Assembly (NCBI GenBank): GCA_965660445.1
Contig: CBFIAK010000001.1
Coordinates: 32,001-96,000 of the forward strand
Direction of reading: 5' to 3'
Source: Patescibacteria group bacterium
Lineage (GTDB): Bacteria; Patescibacteriota; Gracilibacteria; UBA4473
Length of the DNA stretch: 64,000 nucleotides
Position numbers and translations under genes: made by a program. The notes below the pieces were generated by a model. It did not search any database. It saw only the letters and a program-made list of their open reading frames with translations, and had not been told where the DNA came from. How positions within the stretch are numbered: the first letter of the stretch is position 1; each line of letters starts with the position of its first letter. This document shows, piece by piece, positions 20,832 through 30,698 of this stretch.

Positions 20832-21907
20832 TGAATGCGTCTAAAAAAGTTCTTCTTGGGTTTTCAGGTGGGGTTGATAGTAGTGTGTGTGCTCAATTAT
20901 TACAAGAACAAGGATACGAAGTAACTGGGCTTTTTTTAAAAACATGGGATGATGAACACTGCACGAGTCAACGCGATAGTTTTGATGCTCGAATGGTGGC
21001 TGACAAACTCAATATTTCTTTGTATACTTTAGACTTATCACAAGAATATAACGATTTTGTTTTTCAGTATTTTTTAGATCAAAACAGAGCTGGTCGAACA
21101 CCAAATCCTGATATTTTATGTAATAAATATATAAAATTTTCAGCATTTTTGAAAAAAGCAGACGAGCTTTCGATTCCATTTATTGCAACAGGACATTATG
21201 CACATAATTACTGGAACGAATCACAGAAAAAACAGGAGCTTTTGATTCCAAAAGACACACACAAAGACCAAACGTATTTTTTGTATACACTCAATCAAAA
21301 CATACTCGCACGAACAATATTTCCCCTTGCTCACCTCACAAAATCAGAAGTAAGACAGAAAGCTCAATTACTCACATTTCCAAATGCAGATAAAAAAGAT
21401 TCTGTGGGTATTTGCATGGTAGGAGACCGAAACTACAAATCGTTTATTCAACAATACATTTCAAAAAACGAAGGACCTATTCGAGATATACGCACTCAAA
21501 AAACAATTGGATCACATGAAGGGCTCTCCTTTTATACCATTGGACAACGACGAGATTTGGGTATTGGCGGAGTTAAAGGATGTGAAGAAAAACCATGGTT
21601 TGTTGTCCGAAAAGAGAAAACACAAAACACATTATGGGTTTCTCAATATGAAGACGATTTATTATTTTCAGAACTCACCGCTCATTCACTTCATTGGGTG
21701 AGCGGAAATGCTCCGGACACAACCAAAACCTATACCGCTAAAATACGTTATCGCAGCGAAGGAAGTCCTTGTGAGATACGCATAGAAAATGACACCCTTC
21801 ATATTCGGTTTCATAGTCCTGTTCGAGCCGTAGCAATAGGACAATCCGTCGTTTTATATGAAGGAAATAAATGTCTTGGTGGAGGAGAAATTATCGAAAG
21901 CACCTGA
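20831..21907 (+). CDS. mnmA: tRNA-specific 2-thiouridylase
   Basis: SGGVDSS, GRTPNPDILCN, ATGHYA and KDQTYFL motifs. Confidence 0.96.
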   Translation: MNASKKVLLGFSGGVDSSVCAQLLQEQGYEVTGLFLKTWDDEHCTSQRDSFDARMVADKLNISLYTLDLSQEYNDFVFQYFLDQNRAGRTPNPDILCNKYIKFSAFLKKADELSIPFIATGHYAHNYWNESQKKQELLIPKDTHKDQTYFLYTLNQNILARTIFPLAHLTKSEVRQKAQLLTFPNADKKDSVGICMVGDRNYKSFIQQYISKNEGPIRDIRTQKTIGSHEGLSFYTIGQRRDLGIGGVKGCEEKPWFVVRKEKTQNTLWVSQYEDDLLFSELTAHSLHWVSGNAPDTTKTYTAKIRYRSEGSPCEIRIENDTLHIRFHSPVRAVAIGQSVVLYEGNKCLGGGEIIEST

Positions 21908-21946
21908 TACTTGTCAAAAAATATTTTGTGTCTATAGTGAAAACAC

Positions 21947-23092
21947 ATGAAAAAGCTAATTTTGACATTCATATTTTTGATGGGACTTATCCCAGGTATT
22001 ACTACTCATGCACAACGAGTACCAACTCTTGATTTCTTTCACGGAGAAACGTGTCCACATTGCCATAGAGAAAAAGAATGGTTTCCTGATCTTCAAAAAC
22101 TCTACCCAGATCTTCAAATTAATGAATATGAGGTGTGGTTTAATGCGGAAAATAATGAGTTAATGAAACAACGTTTGCGAGAACTCGGGCAAACATCTTC
22201 AGGAGTACCAACAAATATTATTGAAACAGATGTTGTGGTTGGGTTTCGACCTGACGATATTCTTGCCGCGCTTGAAAAACACTATGGACCACCACAAGAA
22301 ATAAGCGCAGACTCTCAAACCACTACGCCAGAGGTAGACGATGAATCGTGGCGAAAATATCTTGATAAATCATGGCCCATCATGAGTATTATTTTAGGAA
22401 TAGTCGATGGGTTTAACCCTTGTGCTATGTGGACACTCTTGATTCTTATTGGGTTTTTACTCGGTATGGAAGACACACGAAAACGATGGTTAGTGGGGAG
22501 TGTTTTTGTAGGAAGCTCTGCTATCATTTATTTTCTAGCATTGCTCGCGTATTTACTTGGGTTTGAGAGCATTCTTTTATTTGCAAGTGGAAATGTCATG
22601 GGGTGGATATTTCGAATTGTAGGGGTGCTTGCTTTAGCAACAGGAGCTATTGCCCTCAAGACTAGTTTCAAAAAAACAGTTGATTGTGATGTACGAGACG
22701 CAAAAAGCAAAAAAGAGTTTCGTGACAAACTCGCTGAAATACTGGAGCGTGATGAAATATACATGGTTCTCATTGGAGTTGTGGGGTTAGCGTTTTCGGT
22801 TAATATGGTTGAACTTTTATGTAGCTTTGCGATTCCTACAGCCTTTACTGGAACACTCGTATCTTTAGATCTTCCGTTTTATCAACAGATAATAGCGATT
22901 GTTCTATATGACATTATGTATATTTTAGACGATGTATTGGTACTCGTGATTGCTCTATGGACGCTCAACCTAAAAATCATTACCAACAACAAAATCATTC
23001 AGTATTCCCATTTAATAGGAGGAATTCTTCTCGTACTTATTGGTCTTCTTCTGATTTTCGATCCAGGAACACTTACACGACTCACGAGTTAA
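21947..23092 (+). CDS. Thioredoxin/glutaredoxin domain fused to a DsbD/CcdA-like membrane domain
   Basis: Signal peptide, CPHC, GFNPCA and ELLCS motifs, multiple TMs. Confidence 0.75.
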   Translation: MKKLILTFIFLMGLIPGITTHAQRVPTLDFFHGETCPHCHREKEWFPDLQKLYPDLQINEYEVWFNAENNELMKQRLRELGQTSSGVPTNIIETDVVVGFRPDDILAALEKHYGPPQEISADSQTTTPEVDDESWRKYLDKSWPIMSIILGIVDGFNPCAMWTLLILIGFLLGMEDTRKRWLVGSVFVGSSAIIYFLALLAYLLGFESILLFASGNVMGWIFRIVGVLALATGAIALKTSFKKTVDCDVRDAKSKKEFRDKLAEILERDEIYMVLIGVVGLAFSVNMVELLCSFAIPTAFTGTLVSLDLPFYQQIIAIVLYDIMYILDDVLVLVIALWTLNLKIITNNKIIQYSHLIGGILLVLIGLLLIFDPGTLTRLTS

Positions 23093-23544
23093 TGAAACCA
23101 AAAACACGTCTTTCAATTGAAACTTTTTTTCAGGAATCTGAAAAATACATACAACGTGTTCGATATGAATATGGTGCTGTTTTAGATCCAAAGAACCCAC
23201 AATCAACTGATTGTTCTGGGTTTTTGTATGGCTTATTCGCTCATCTCGGTATAACTATACCGAGATGCTCTATTGAACAATACGAAGCCTGTGAGATCAT
23301 ACATCACCCAACAGAAAAACCGAACCCCGAAGGTGGAAAACGTGGTGATTTACTCTTTTGGTACGGAGAACGACCAAACAAAACCATGAATATAAACCAT
23401 GTAGCCGTTATTGAGAAATATCTCGGGAATCAGCAATACCAAACGATTGAGTCTGCGAGGAGCGAAAACGGAGTCGCTCGTGTTGTACGAACCCTTGAAG
23501 AAAAACATCGTATTGGACGGTTTCCTTTTTTTTGTAGCCCATGA
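23092..23544 (+). CDS. NlpC/P60 family cysteine hydrolase
   Basis: DCSGF, IPR.S..Q, GDLLF and HVA motifs. Confidence 0.82.
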   Translation: MKPKTRLSIETFFQESEKYIQRVRYEYGAVLDPKNPQSTDCSGFLYGLFAHLGITIPRCSIEQYEACEIIHHPTEKPNPEGGKRGDLLFWYGERPNKTMNINHVAVIEKYLGNQQYQTIESARSENGVARVVRTLEEKHRIGRFPFFCSP

Positions 23545-24206
23545 ATCACAGATTTTCAATTCTTCGTTCGGTATTAGAACTCATCACGCTGATTGCTTTT
23601 TTTTATTTAGTGGTTCATTTAAATGGGCATGCCATACTGCTCTTGCTTGATCATGGACACGCAGATCATCACCACATAACCGAGACCGTATCTATTGTGT
23701 CTCATTGGGAAGAATGGGCATGGGGCATTGGAATAAGTCTTCTTTTTATTGGTATATGGCAAAAAACACCATTACGACACCTTATACCGTGTCAGCATGA
23801 ACATTGTCACACAGAAAAACCACTCTCCCATTTACTCGCCATTGGAGCTTTGTGTTTGCATTTTTTCCCGGAAGCAGGAATTCGATATTCATTACTCGAA
23901 ACATTCTCGTTTCAATGGGAATCAGTATTAGTACTCGTAGGGTTTATATCACACATACTGGTTGATATTCTCATTACATTTCATTTAGCGTCTTATTGGA
24001 ACACACTTCCAAAACGCATACTCTGTGTTCTCTTTATTGGAAGCATTTGGGGAGTCGCATTCTTTGCGCATAACTGGATAGACGTTATTTTTTCTCATAC
24101 AACAGAGGGGTTGTTTCTTTTAATAAGCGGGTTTATACTGTCGATGTTTCTTCATCTTCCTCATAAACCAAAATCATGTGTGGTTTGTGAATCGCAACCA
24201 TCATAA
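23541..24206 (+). CDS. His-rich multi-pass membrane protein, possible metal transporter
   Basis: HGHADHHH, CQHEHCH, LHFFPE; about 6 TMs. Confidence 0.5.
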   Translation: MNHRFSILRSVLELITLIAFFYLVVHLNGHAILLLLDHGHADHHHITETVSIVSHWEEWAWGIGISLLFIGIWQKTPLRHLIPCQHEHCHTEKPLSHLLAIGALCLHFFPEAGIRYSLLETFSFQWESVLVLVGFISHILVDILITFHLASYWNTLPKRILCVLFIGSIWGVAFFAHNWIDVIFSHTTEGLFLLISGFILSMFLHLPHKPKSCVVCESQPS

Positions 24207-25969
24207 TGGAACAAAAAACCGCTTTACGCATACTCAAAACCGGAGAAAACGTTTTTTTAACAGGTGCAGCAGGAACAGGAAAAACGTATGTATTGCATCA
24301 ATTTATAAAATGGCTCTACACACATCGCATATCAGTGGCTATTACGGCTTCCACTGGAATTGCCAGTTCTCATATTGCTGGGCAAACGATTCATAGTTGG
24401 AGTGGTATTGGTATTCGAGAAACACTCACTCGCAAAGACTGTGATACGATTGCTCGTAAAAAAGTGGTACGTGAACGAATTGAGTCGACTCATGTTTTGA
24501 TCATTGATGAGATGTCGATGATTTCTCGCCAAACACTTGAGGCTCTTGATGAACTGTTTCGGTTTATACGGTTATCAAACGCACCGTTTGGTGGTATGCA
24601 AGTGGTGGTATGTGGAGACTTTTTTCAGCTTCCACCAGTAAGCAAAACCCCTATACCCAACACACAAAAATTTGCGTTTATGTCTCCTTTATGGGGGCAA
24701 GCAAGGTTTCAGGTGTGTTACTTAAAAGACCAGTTTCGACAAAACGAAGACGATCTCGCTGGGTTTTTGGACGAAATTCGGTCAGGAGAAGTATCAGATA
24801 GTCGTATCAATCAGCTCCAAGAGTGTATTGAACGCACGCAAGAAGAAACTCCGGAACAAACCTATACGAAACTCTATACACATAACATTGATGTGGATAC
24901 ATTAAACGAAAAAGAACTAAACGCGCTGCCCTCTCCGGGATATGAGTTTGTAGGCATGGGATCAGGTGACAAATCGGGCATAGAAATACTAATGAAATCA
25001 GTATTAGTACCGCACCGTATGGTATTAAAAAAAGGAGCTCCTGTTATGTTTATTAAAAATAATCCAAAAGTGGGATACCACAATGGAACACTTGGCACCA
25101 TTACTGATTTTACATCAGAAGGGTTTCCCGTGGTCACGACACGAGACGATCGAGATATTTATGTAACACAGGAAGAATGGAGTATTCGTGATCGGTACGG
25201 AACACCTCAATCAACGTATAGCCATATTCCATTACGCCTCGCATGGGCTATTACCGTACATAAAAGCCAAGGGATGACACTTGATGAAGCAGAAATGGAT
25301 TTATCAAAGACGTTTGAAACAGGGCAAGGATATGTCGCGTTATCGAGAGTACGCAATTGGAGAGGATTAAGACTTCTCGGATGTAATAGCACAGCATTAC
25401 AGATTGATCCACTTGTATTACAAGCCGATAAACGGTTTCAAGAACTCTCACAAGACGGAGAACAAAACATACTCAATACCGATTCATCATTGATTGAAAA
25501 ACGTATTGAAGACAGACGTTTATCACAAGAAAATTCTATGAAAGAAGAAGAAATGCCTTTGTTTCTCTCTGAAAAAAAGAAAGTAAAAATAAAGAAGAGT
25601 GTAGTCAAACCAGAACCTCAAAAAAAAGTATCAACCTATAGTGTGACCAAATCGTTATTACTCGAGAAAAAGCCAATTGAGTCTATTATGGAAGCACGAG
25701 GAATGAATTATGATACGATTATCAAACACATTGAACATTTAGTCATAGAAACACCTGATTTAGATATCGATTATTTACGTCCTGAAAAAAAAGACATGGC
25801 AAAAATGACGATGGGGTTCATACAAGCAGAACAGAAAGCAACCGCTGAAGACCGTGATAAAGACGGACATGTAAAACTCAAACTTGTTTTTGAGACTCTT
25901 AATGAGTCTTATTTCTATAACGATTTAAAAATCGCACGACTTTTTTTATTAGACCGCACAAAAAACTAA
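24206..25969 (+). CDS. PIF1-family SF1B helicase with a C-terminal HTH
   Basis: GAAGTGKT, DEMSM, PFGG.Q...GDFFQLPPV, TVHKSQG and YVALSR motifs. Confidence 0.88.
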   Translation: MEQKTALRILKTGENVFLTGAAGTGKTYVLHQFIKWLYTHRISVAITASTGIASSHIAGQTIHSWSGIGIRETLTRKDCDTIARKKVVRERIESTHVLIIDEMSMISRQTLEALDELFRFIRLSNAPFGGMQVVVCGDFFQLPPVSKTPIPNTQKFAFMSPLWGQARFQVCYLKDQFRQNEDDLAGFLDEIRSGEVSDSRINQLQECIERTQEETPEQTYTKLYTHNIDVDTLNEKELNALPSPGYEFVGMGSGDKSGIEILMKSVLVPHRMVLKKGAPVMFIKNNPKVGYHNGTLGTITDFTSEGFPVVTTRDDRDIYVTQEEWSIRDRYGTPQSTYSHIPLRLAWAITVHKSQGMTLDEAEMDLSKTFETGQGYVALSRVRNWRGLRLLGCNSTALQIDPLVLQADKRFQELSQDGEQNILNTDSSLIEKRIEDRRLSQENSMKEEEMPLFLSEKKKVKIKKSVVKPEPQKKVSTYSVTKSLLLEKKPIESIMEARGMNYDTIIKHIEHLVIETPDLDIDYLRPEKKDMAKMTMGFIQAEQKATAEDRDKDGHVKLKLVFETLNESYFYNDLKIARLFLLDRTKN

Positions 25970-25970
25970 T

Positions 25971-26402
25971 ATGAAAGAGAACCAAATAGCCATTTCATGG
26001 GATGACGAACACGAAATGAAAACAGAATGGATTCAGTTAGAAAAAGCCATTACTGATAGAGGATCAAAATATAGTATTACGGCTGGCAGAGTAAGAACCA
26101 ATACTGAAATAAAACAGTTTCTAAAGAAAGTGAAATCCAATAAAAAGTATGCAAAAGCGACACATAATACATATGCCGTTCGTGTTCGAAAAGACGGAAA
26201 AGTTTACGAAAGTAAGAACGATGACGGCGAAACAGGAGCGGGGATGGTTATTTTAAGACAACTACGCAATCACAACTGGGTAAATATAGTGGTAGTGGTG
26301 ACACGTTGGTTTGGAGGAATACAATTGCATGCCGATCGGTTTCGACATGTGCAAGATGGAACTGATATGATACTGAATGTTCTGGAAACAAAAAAAGAAT
26401 AG
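25971..26402 (+). CDS. YigZ/IMPACT family protein
   Basis: ATHN, DDGETGAG and VTRWFGG motifs. Confidence 0.85.
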   Translation: MKENQIAISWDDEHEMKTEWIQLEKAITDRGSKYSITAGRVRTNTEIKQFLKKVKSNKKYAKATHNTYAVRVRKDGKVYESKNDDGETGAGMVILRQLRNHNWVNIVVVVTRWFGGIQLHADRFRHVQDGTDMILNVLETKKE

Positions 26403-26458
26403 ATTTTTCGCAAAAACGAGGTACAGTTTGAACAATTATTATTTCGTATTCCACAAAG

Positions 26459-27328
26459 ATGACCATTCCTCCAGAAGTGATGACACAGATTAAAAAAGCT
26501 CAACAAGGAGAAATGACTGAGTATTATATCTACACAGCGTTATCGCAGAGAGTTTCCCATACACACAACCGAGACATTTTAACCCGCATTGCTGAACAAG
26601 AAAAATCACACAGTGAGTTTTGGGCACAATACACAGGCACACAAGCCACACCAAACGCATGGAAAGTATGGTGGTTTACAACTATTGCTCGTTTATTTGG
26701 GCTTACGTTTGGATTAAGACTTATGGAAAAAGGCGAAGTACATGCACAAAGCATGTACGCATCAATTATCGAGTATGTACCTGAAGGCAAATCTATACTT
26801 GAAGACGAAAAACAACACGAACAAGAACTCATCGAATTACTCCATGAAAAAAAACTCGATTACATGGGTTCGGTTGTTTTAGGACTTAACGATGCGTTGG
26901 TAGAACTAACAGGCGCACTAGCAGGATTATCGTTTGCGTTTCAGAACACACATCTTATTGCTGTCACAGGGCTCATTACAGGTGTAGCAGCATCGTTTTC
27001 GATGGCAGCATCTGAATATTTATCAAATAAAGCAGATGGGAACAAAGATGCTCATATATCGGCTTTGTATACAGGGTTAGCCTATATTGGAACGGTTCTC
27101 TTTTTAGTCACTCCATTTTTCGTATTCACGCATTACGCAGTTGCTTTGGGAGTTTCGCTCAGTATATCAATTTTGATTATTTTCTTTTTCAATTTTTACC
27201 TCTCTATTGCACGAAACACAGAGTTTTGGAAACGTTTTTTTGAGATGGCGGGTATTAGTCTTGGTGTATCAGCTCTGAGTTTTGGTATTGGTATTTTTGT
27301 ACGATTTTATTTTGGGATTGAGGTATAG
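26459..27328 (+). CDS. Rubrerythrin-like domain fused to a VIT1/CCC1 transporter
   Basis: Two ExxH motifs; GLNDAL and SMAASEYL. Confidence 0.85.
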   Translation: MTIPPEVMTQIKKAQQGEMTEYYIYTALSQRVSHTHNRDILTRIAEQEKSHSEFWAQYTGTQATPNAWKVWWFTTIARLFGLTFGLRLMEKGEVHAQSMYASIIEYVPEGKSILEDEKQHEQELIELLHEKKLDYMGSVVLGLNDALVELTGALAGLSFAFQNTHLIAVTGLITGVAASFSMAASEYLSNKADGNKDAHISALYTGLAYIGTVLFLVTPFFVFTHYAVALGVSLSISILIIFFFNFYLSIARNTEFWKRFFEMAGISLGVSALSFGIGIFVRFYFGIEV

Positions 27329-27342
27329 CAAACACCAACCGT

Positions 27343-27418
27343 GTCCCGATATATCGAGAAACAGTATCCCTCCTTTTCATTGCCTCGTTTCACTCGTTAT
27401 TCAAAGCACATTCAACTG
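27343..27418 (-). repeat. tRNA-trailer repeat, copy 1 (inferred original 3' flank of tRNA-Ser)
   Basis: Colinear with 39588-39664, 51 of 77 columns identical by manual alignment. Confidence 0.7.
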
Positions 27419-27468
27419 TGGCGGGCAGAATATGTCTCCTACCCTTTATAGCTATTATTTAATATTTC

Positions 27469-27507
27469 AATGAGACAAACAAGACACTATAAAAAAGGGT
27501 GTCTCAA
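27469..27507. repeat. Left-end GAGACA/TGTCTC hairpin motif, copy 1
   Basis: AATGAGACAAACAAGACACTATAAAAAAGGGTGTCTCAA, nearly identical to 30548-30587. Confidence 0.85.
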
Positions 27508-27509
27508 AA

Positions 27510-30212
27510 TTAAAGATTATTTTTTGCCTTAATTAGCGCGATATCTTTATTATTATTTCTTGTTTTCAAAGAATCTAGGATCTTTTGACCTGCCTCTGGA
27601 GTCCAATATATTTTTAGGTTTTCTCTAGCTCGTGTAATAGCTGTATAAAAAATATTATGAGTAATCAACTCTTCTGTTTCGGCCGTGATTACAATCTTAA
27701 CCGAATTATATTCCAACCCTTGTGCTTTATGGATTGAAACTGCATAAGCTACCTGAAAAGGAATTATTGTGTCCAAAGAGTCATCATCTTCATCAGTACT
27801 TTTATACTTGTTAACAACAAAACGAATCACAGAGGTGTCATCAGATTCACTATCAAGAAGTTCAAGATCATACCTAGACGCTTCAAATCCATTGATAACT
27901 TTTCCAATTTCAATATCAAATTGTATTTGATCTTCAGAGCTATTTATATCGATGATTCTACCTTTTAAGTTATTATAAATTAAAGGCGAAAATCGTTCTG
28001 CCTCGTTAAACAAAATAGGATCATTGACCTTATAGGTTTGGATTCCCCATCTCACTGTTTTGTTTTTGTTATTATTTTGTAAAAACCTATTAATATTATT
28101 TATTCCATAAAGCCCATCATAATTTAAACAAAGAATAATTTCATCGTTTTGTGTATAATCAAAAATTGACTCATCAAGCCTTGCTGAATATTGGTTTCTT
28201 GTTATATGCTCAACAATATCATCATCAATATTTCGAACTTTATCCCAAAGATCAAGTAAGTTTTTATTTGTTGTTCGGTAAGGCTTCGTTAGTTCAAAAA
28301 CTGAATGATCTCGTATAAATGGTCTAATTACACTAAACCAATTTCCGAATAGAATTGATTCAATTTGGAATATGTCACCAACTAAAACTATAGATAAAAA
28401 AGAAACTTTCTCTAATATTTTTTGCATATCAGTATTACTAACAGTACTGCATTCATCAATAAAGAGTAGATCGAACTCACTATCTTGATTACTTCGAGAC
28501 AAGAACTTGGATATAGTTTGAAATTTGCAATTAGAGGCTTGAACTTTTCTTCTCAAATTATCTACAGCAGGGTTTGTGTTTGCTAGATAAAGTTTTCGTT
28601 CATCATTAAAAAAATGTGATATGTGATTTATCAGAGTTGATTTGCCAGTTCCTGCCGCACCATAAATTAGAGCTACTTTGGAGCTTTCAAACATTTGTTC
28701 AATAAACGATTTTTTTTGATCGCAATCAATATCGTAATCAGAAAAATTCAACCAAGCACTAACCGATTTCGAATAGTCTTTAAAGCCTGTTAATGAAAGA
28801 TCCTTTAATTCATTAATAATATATAATACATCTTTTTCATACCCCCTCATATAAATATGATTCTTATAGCTATCAAGTTTTCGATTTCCGTGAGTAAAAT
28901 AAAGTGAATTATTATAAGTTTGAATAAGATCATCAACATTCTCAAAATGATCTAACTCTTCTTGTGGAGTGTATAAATATCCATTAACTTCTGTGTTATT
29001 TTTCACAAATCTTGCGAGTATTTCGTGCTCTCTACCAGTTGAATCAATGCAATCAAACAAATCTGAAATTTTAGGATTATGGTTTTTTAGAGACGTATTA
29101 AATGGCATTTCATCAAAAGGAATACAACCATATTCAAGTTTTAAATCTGATAACTTTATACAAGATGTTCCTGTATACTGCTTTTTTATAATCTGGTTAT
29201 TTAACCGATAGAGCAAATAAGCAATAATATTATGACCTGCTTTTTTATTTTTAATTAAACCTCGACATTCGTCTAAAATACTCAAAAAATGTATAGTTTT
29301 AACTCTTGTTTTTAATGCATCCTGAAAATCTTTATAATTATCATCAGGAAGATTCATAATTTCAGGAACACTAAGACCAGACCTCTTAAGAAGAGACATT
29401 AGTTCTCGTGATTCTGGAGAGTTTCCTCTCATTTTAAGTTCACTTCCAAATATTTTGGCAAAATTATTGAGCTCACATGGCCTAATTGAGATCTCCCAAT
29501 CATCAATAATTTGAATCGGCATCTGTTTATTCAAAACACTTATATAATCATTACTAATTGAAAGTTTAACGGCATAATTTTTGGAAACATCAAATCGTGT
29601 AAATGCAATAATTCTATCAAATTTACTTATGTTATTACTTGCTCGAGTAAAAGTTACCTCATAATAAACTTCATATTGAACAAAAAAGGGTTTTATCTTT
29701 TGAATATAGTATCTGTCACCTGTGGATGATTTAGATCTTCTTGATGCTGGCTGTTTAATTTTGTCAACGATCTTTTCATAATACTCACTAAGTGCTGGAT
29801 CTGTATTTATGGGGAAATCACGAATATTACTAAGAACATCAAGTCCATACTGTCTTTTGAGAAAAGATCTTATTTTCAATAGGTATTCATAGTACTTCAA
29901 AATTAATCTTTCAGAGTTTTCTTCATCAAGGGTGTAATGAGAAGCTGAGATTTTTAACAAGCTATGAAATTTTTTTAAGAACTTCAACTTTCCCATTCGG
30001 CCTACAAAAGCATTAGCTTCCTCAATATTTTCGTAATTAATTTTTATATCATCCCCATTACTGAAAATCTTCAATGAGATATGTTCAACAAAATTCCTAA
30101 GCTGGGAAAGCATATTTTGAGAGAGAATACCCCTTTCTGTAACGTCAAATTTATCAATATTAGCACAAAGAAGTTTATCGATATCTAAGATGGCTTTATC
30201 TATTTTTTGCAT
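27510..30212 (-). CDS. 900-aa RecD-like SF1B helicase with a large uncharacterised N-terminal region
   Basis: GAAGTGKST, FIDECST, VGDIFQI, SIHKAQGLEY and YTAITRARE motifs. Confidence 0.85.
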   Translation of the reverse strand: MQKIDKAILDIDKLLCANIDKFDVTERGILSQNMLSQLRNFVEHISLKIFSNGDDIKINYENIEEANAFVGRMGKLKFLKKFHSLLKISASHYTLDEENSERLILKYYEYLLKIRSFLKRQYGLDVLSNIRDFPINTDPALSEYYEKIVDKIKQPASRRSKSSTGDRYYIQKIKPFFVQYEVYYEVTFTRASNNISKFDRIIAFTRFDVSKNYAVKLSISNDYISVLNKQMPIQIIDDWEISIRPCELNNFAKIFGSELKMRGNSPESRELMSLLKRSGLSVPEIMNLPDDNYKDFQDALKTRVKTIHFLSILDECRGLIKNKKAGHNIIAYLLYRLNNQIIKKQYTGTSCIKLSDLKLEYGCIPFDEMPFNTSLKNHNPKISDLFDCIDSTGREHEILARFVKNNTEVNGYLYTPQEELDHFENVDDLIQTYNNSLYFTHGNRKLDSYKNHIYMRGYEKDVLYIINELKDLSLTGFKDYSKSVSAWLNFSDYDIDCDQKKSFIEQMFESSKVALIYGAAGTGKSTLINHISHFFNDERKLYLANTNPAVDNLRRKVQASNCKFQTISKFLSRSNQDSEFDLLFIDECSTVSNTDMQKILEKVSFLSIVLVGDIFQIESILFGNWFSVIRPFIRDHSVFELTKPYRTTNKNLLDLWDKVRNIDDDIVEHITRNQYSARLDESIFDYTQNDEIILCLNYDGLYGINNINRFLQNNNKNKTVRWGIQTYKVNDPILFNEAERFSPLIYNNLKGRIIDINSSEDQIQFDIEIGKVINGFEASRYDLELLDSESDDTSVIRFVVNKYKSTDEDDDSLDTIIPFQVAYAVSIHKAQGLEYNSVKIVITAETEELITHNIFYTAITRARENLKIYWTPEAGQKILDSLKTRNNNKDIALIKAKNNL

Positions 30213-30547
30213 TCAAAAATAATTGAAGAAAATAATACTCTTATACTACTTTTTTGAAAAATATTGAATAGGATTCTTTATCCAAAAAAGGCAAAAGGGT
30301 CAATAAACTGTAACATTATAGTCTTTAATTCCACTGCCCTTACTGATCTCTCCACCATAGTGACCAACCTTCCAACCCTTTCGACGACTCTAAGGGTTTA
30401 AACAGGTCTTAACAAGCAAAAATCATAATGTACCACTCCCTAGGAAGTAGATCACTATGACGTATTAGTGAATTGTATGGCGGGCAGGAACGGTCTCATG
30501 TCTTATCTGTCATTATCATTAGCCTTTTTTGTATATCTTTTTATCAA

Positions 30548-30587
30548 AATGAGACAAATGAGACACTATAAAAAAGGGGTGTCTCAA
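30548..30587. repeat. Left-end GAGACA/TGTCTC hairpin motif, copy 2
   Basis: AATGAGACAAATGAGACACTATAAAAAAGGGGTGTCTCAA. Confidence 0.85.
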
Positions 30588-30698
30588 TTTTCATAATGTT
30601 ACAAATGTTACACCGTAGAAGGGGCATTAAATAAGGAAAAAAATCCTAGACTTCAAAATCCATTGCGTCATCAATTGAATACAAATTTTATTCAACAA

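Larger units (their letters stand above)
27419..30483. mobile_element. Element 1: recombinase-less element at the tRNA-Ser site, carrying one helicase gene
   Basis: TGGCGG cores at 27419 and 30478; both ends homologous to those of element 2. Confidence 0.75.

Noticed and set aside
27482-27507. GAGACA hairpin as only the helicase terminator
   Set aside because: A near-identical copy at 30548 has no gene ending there, so it is an element-end motif, though it may also terminate transcription.
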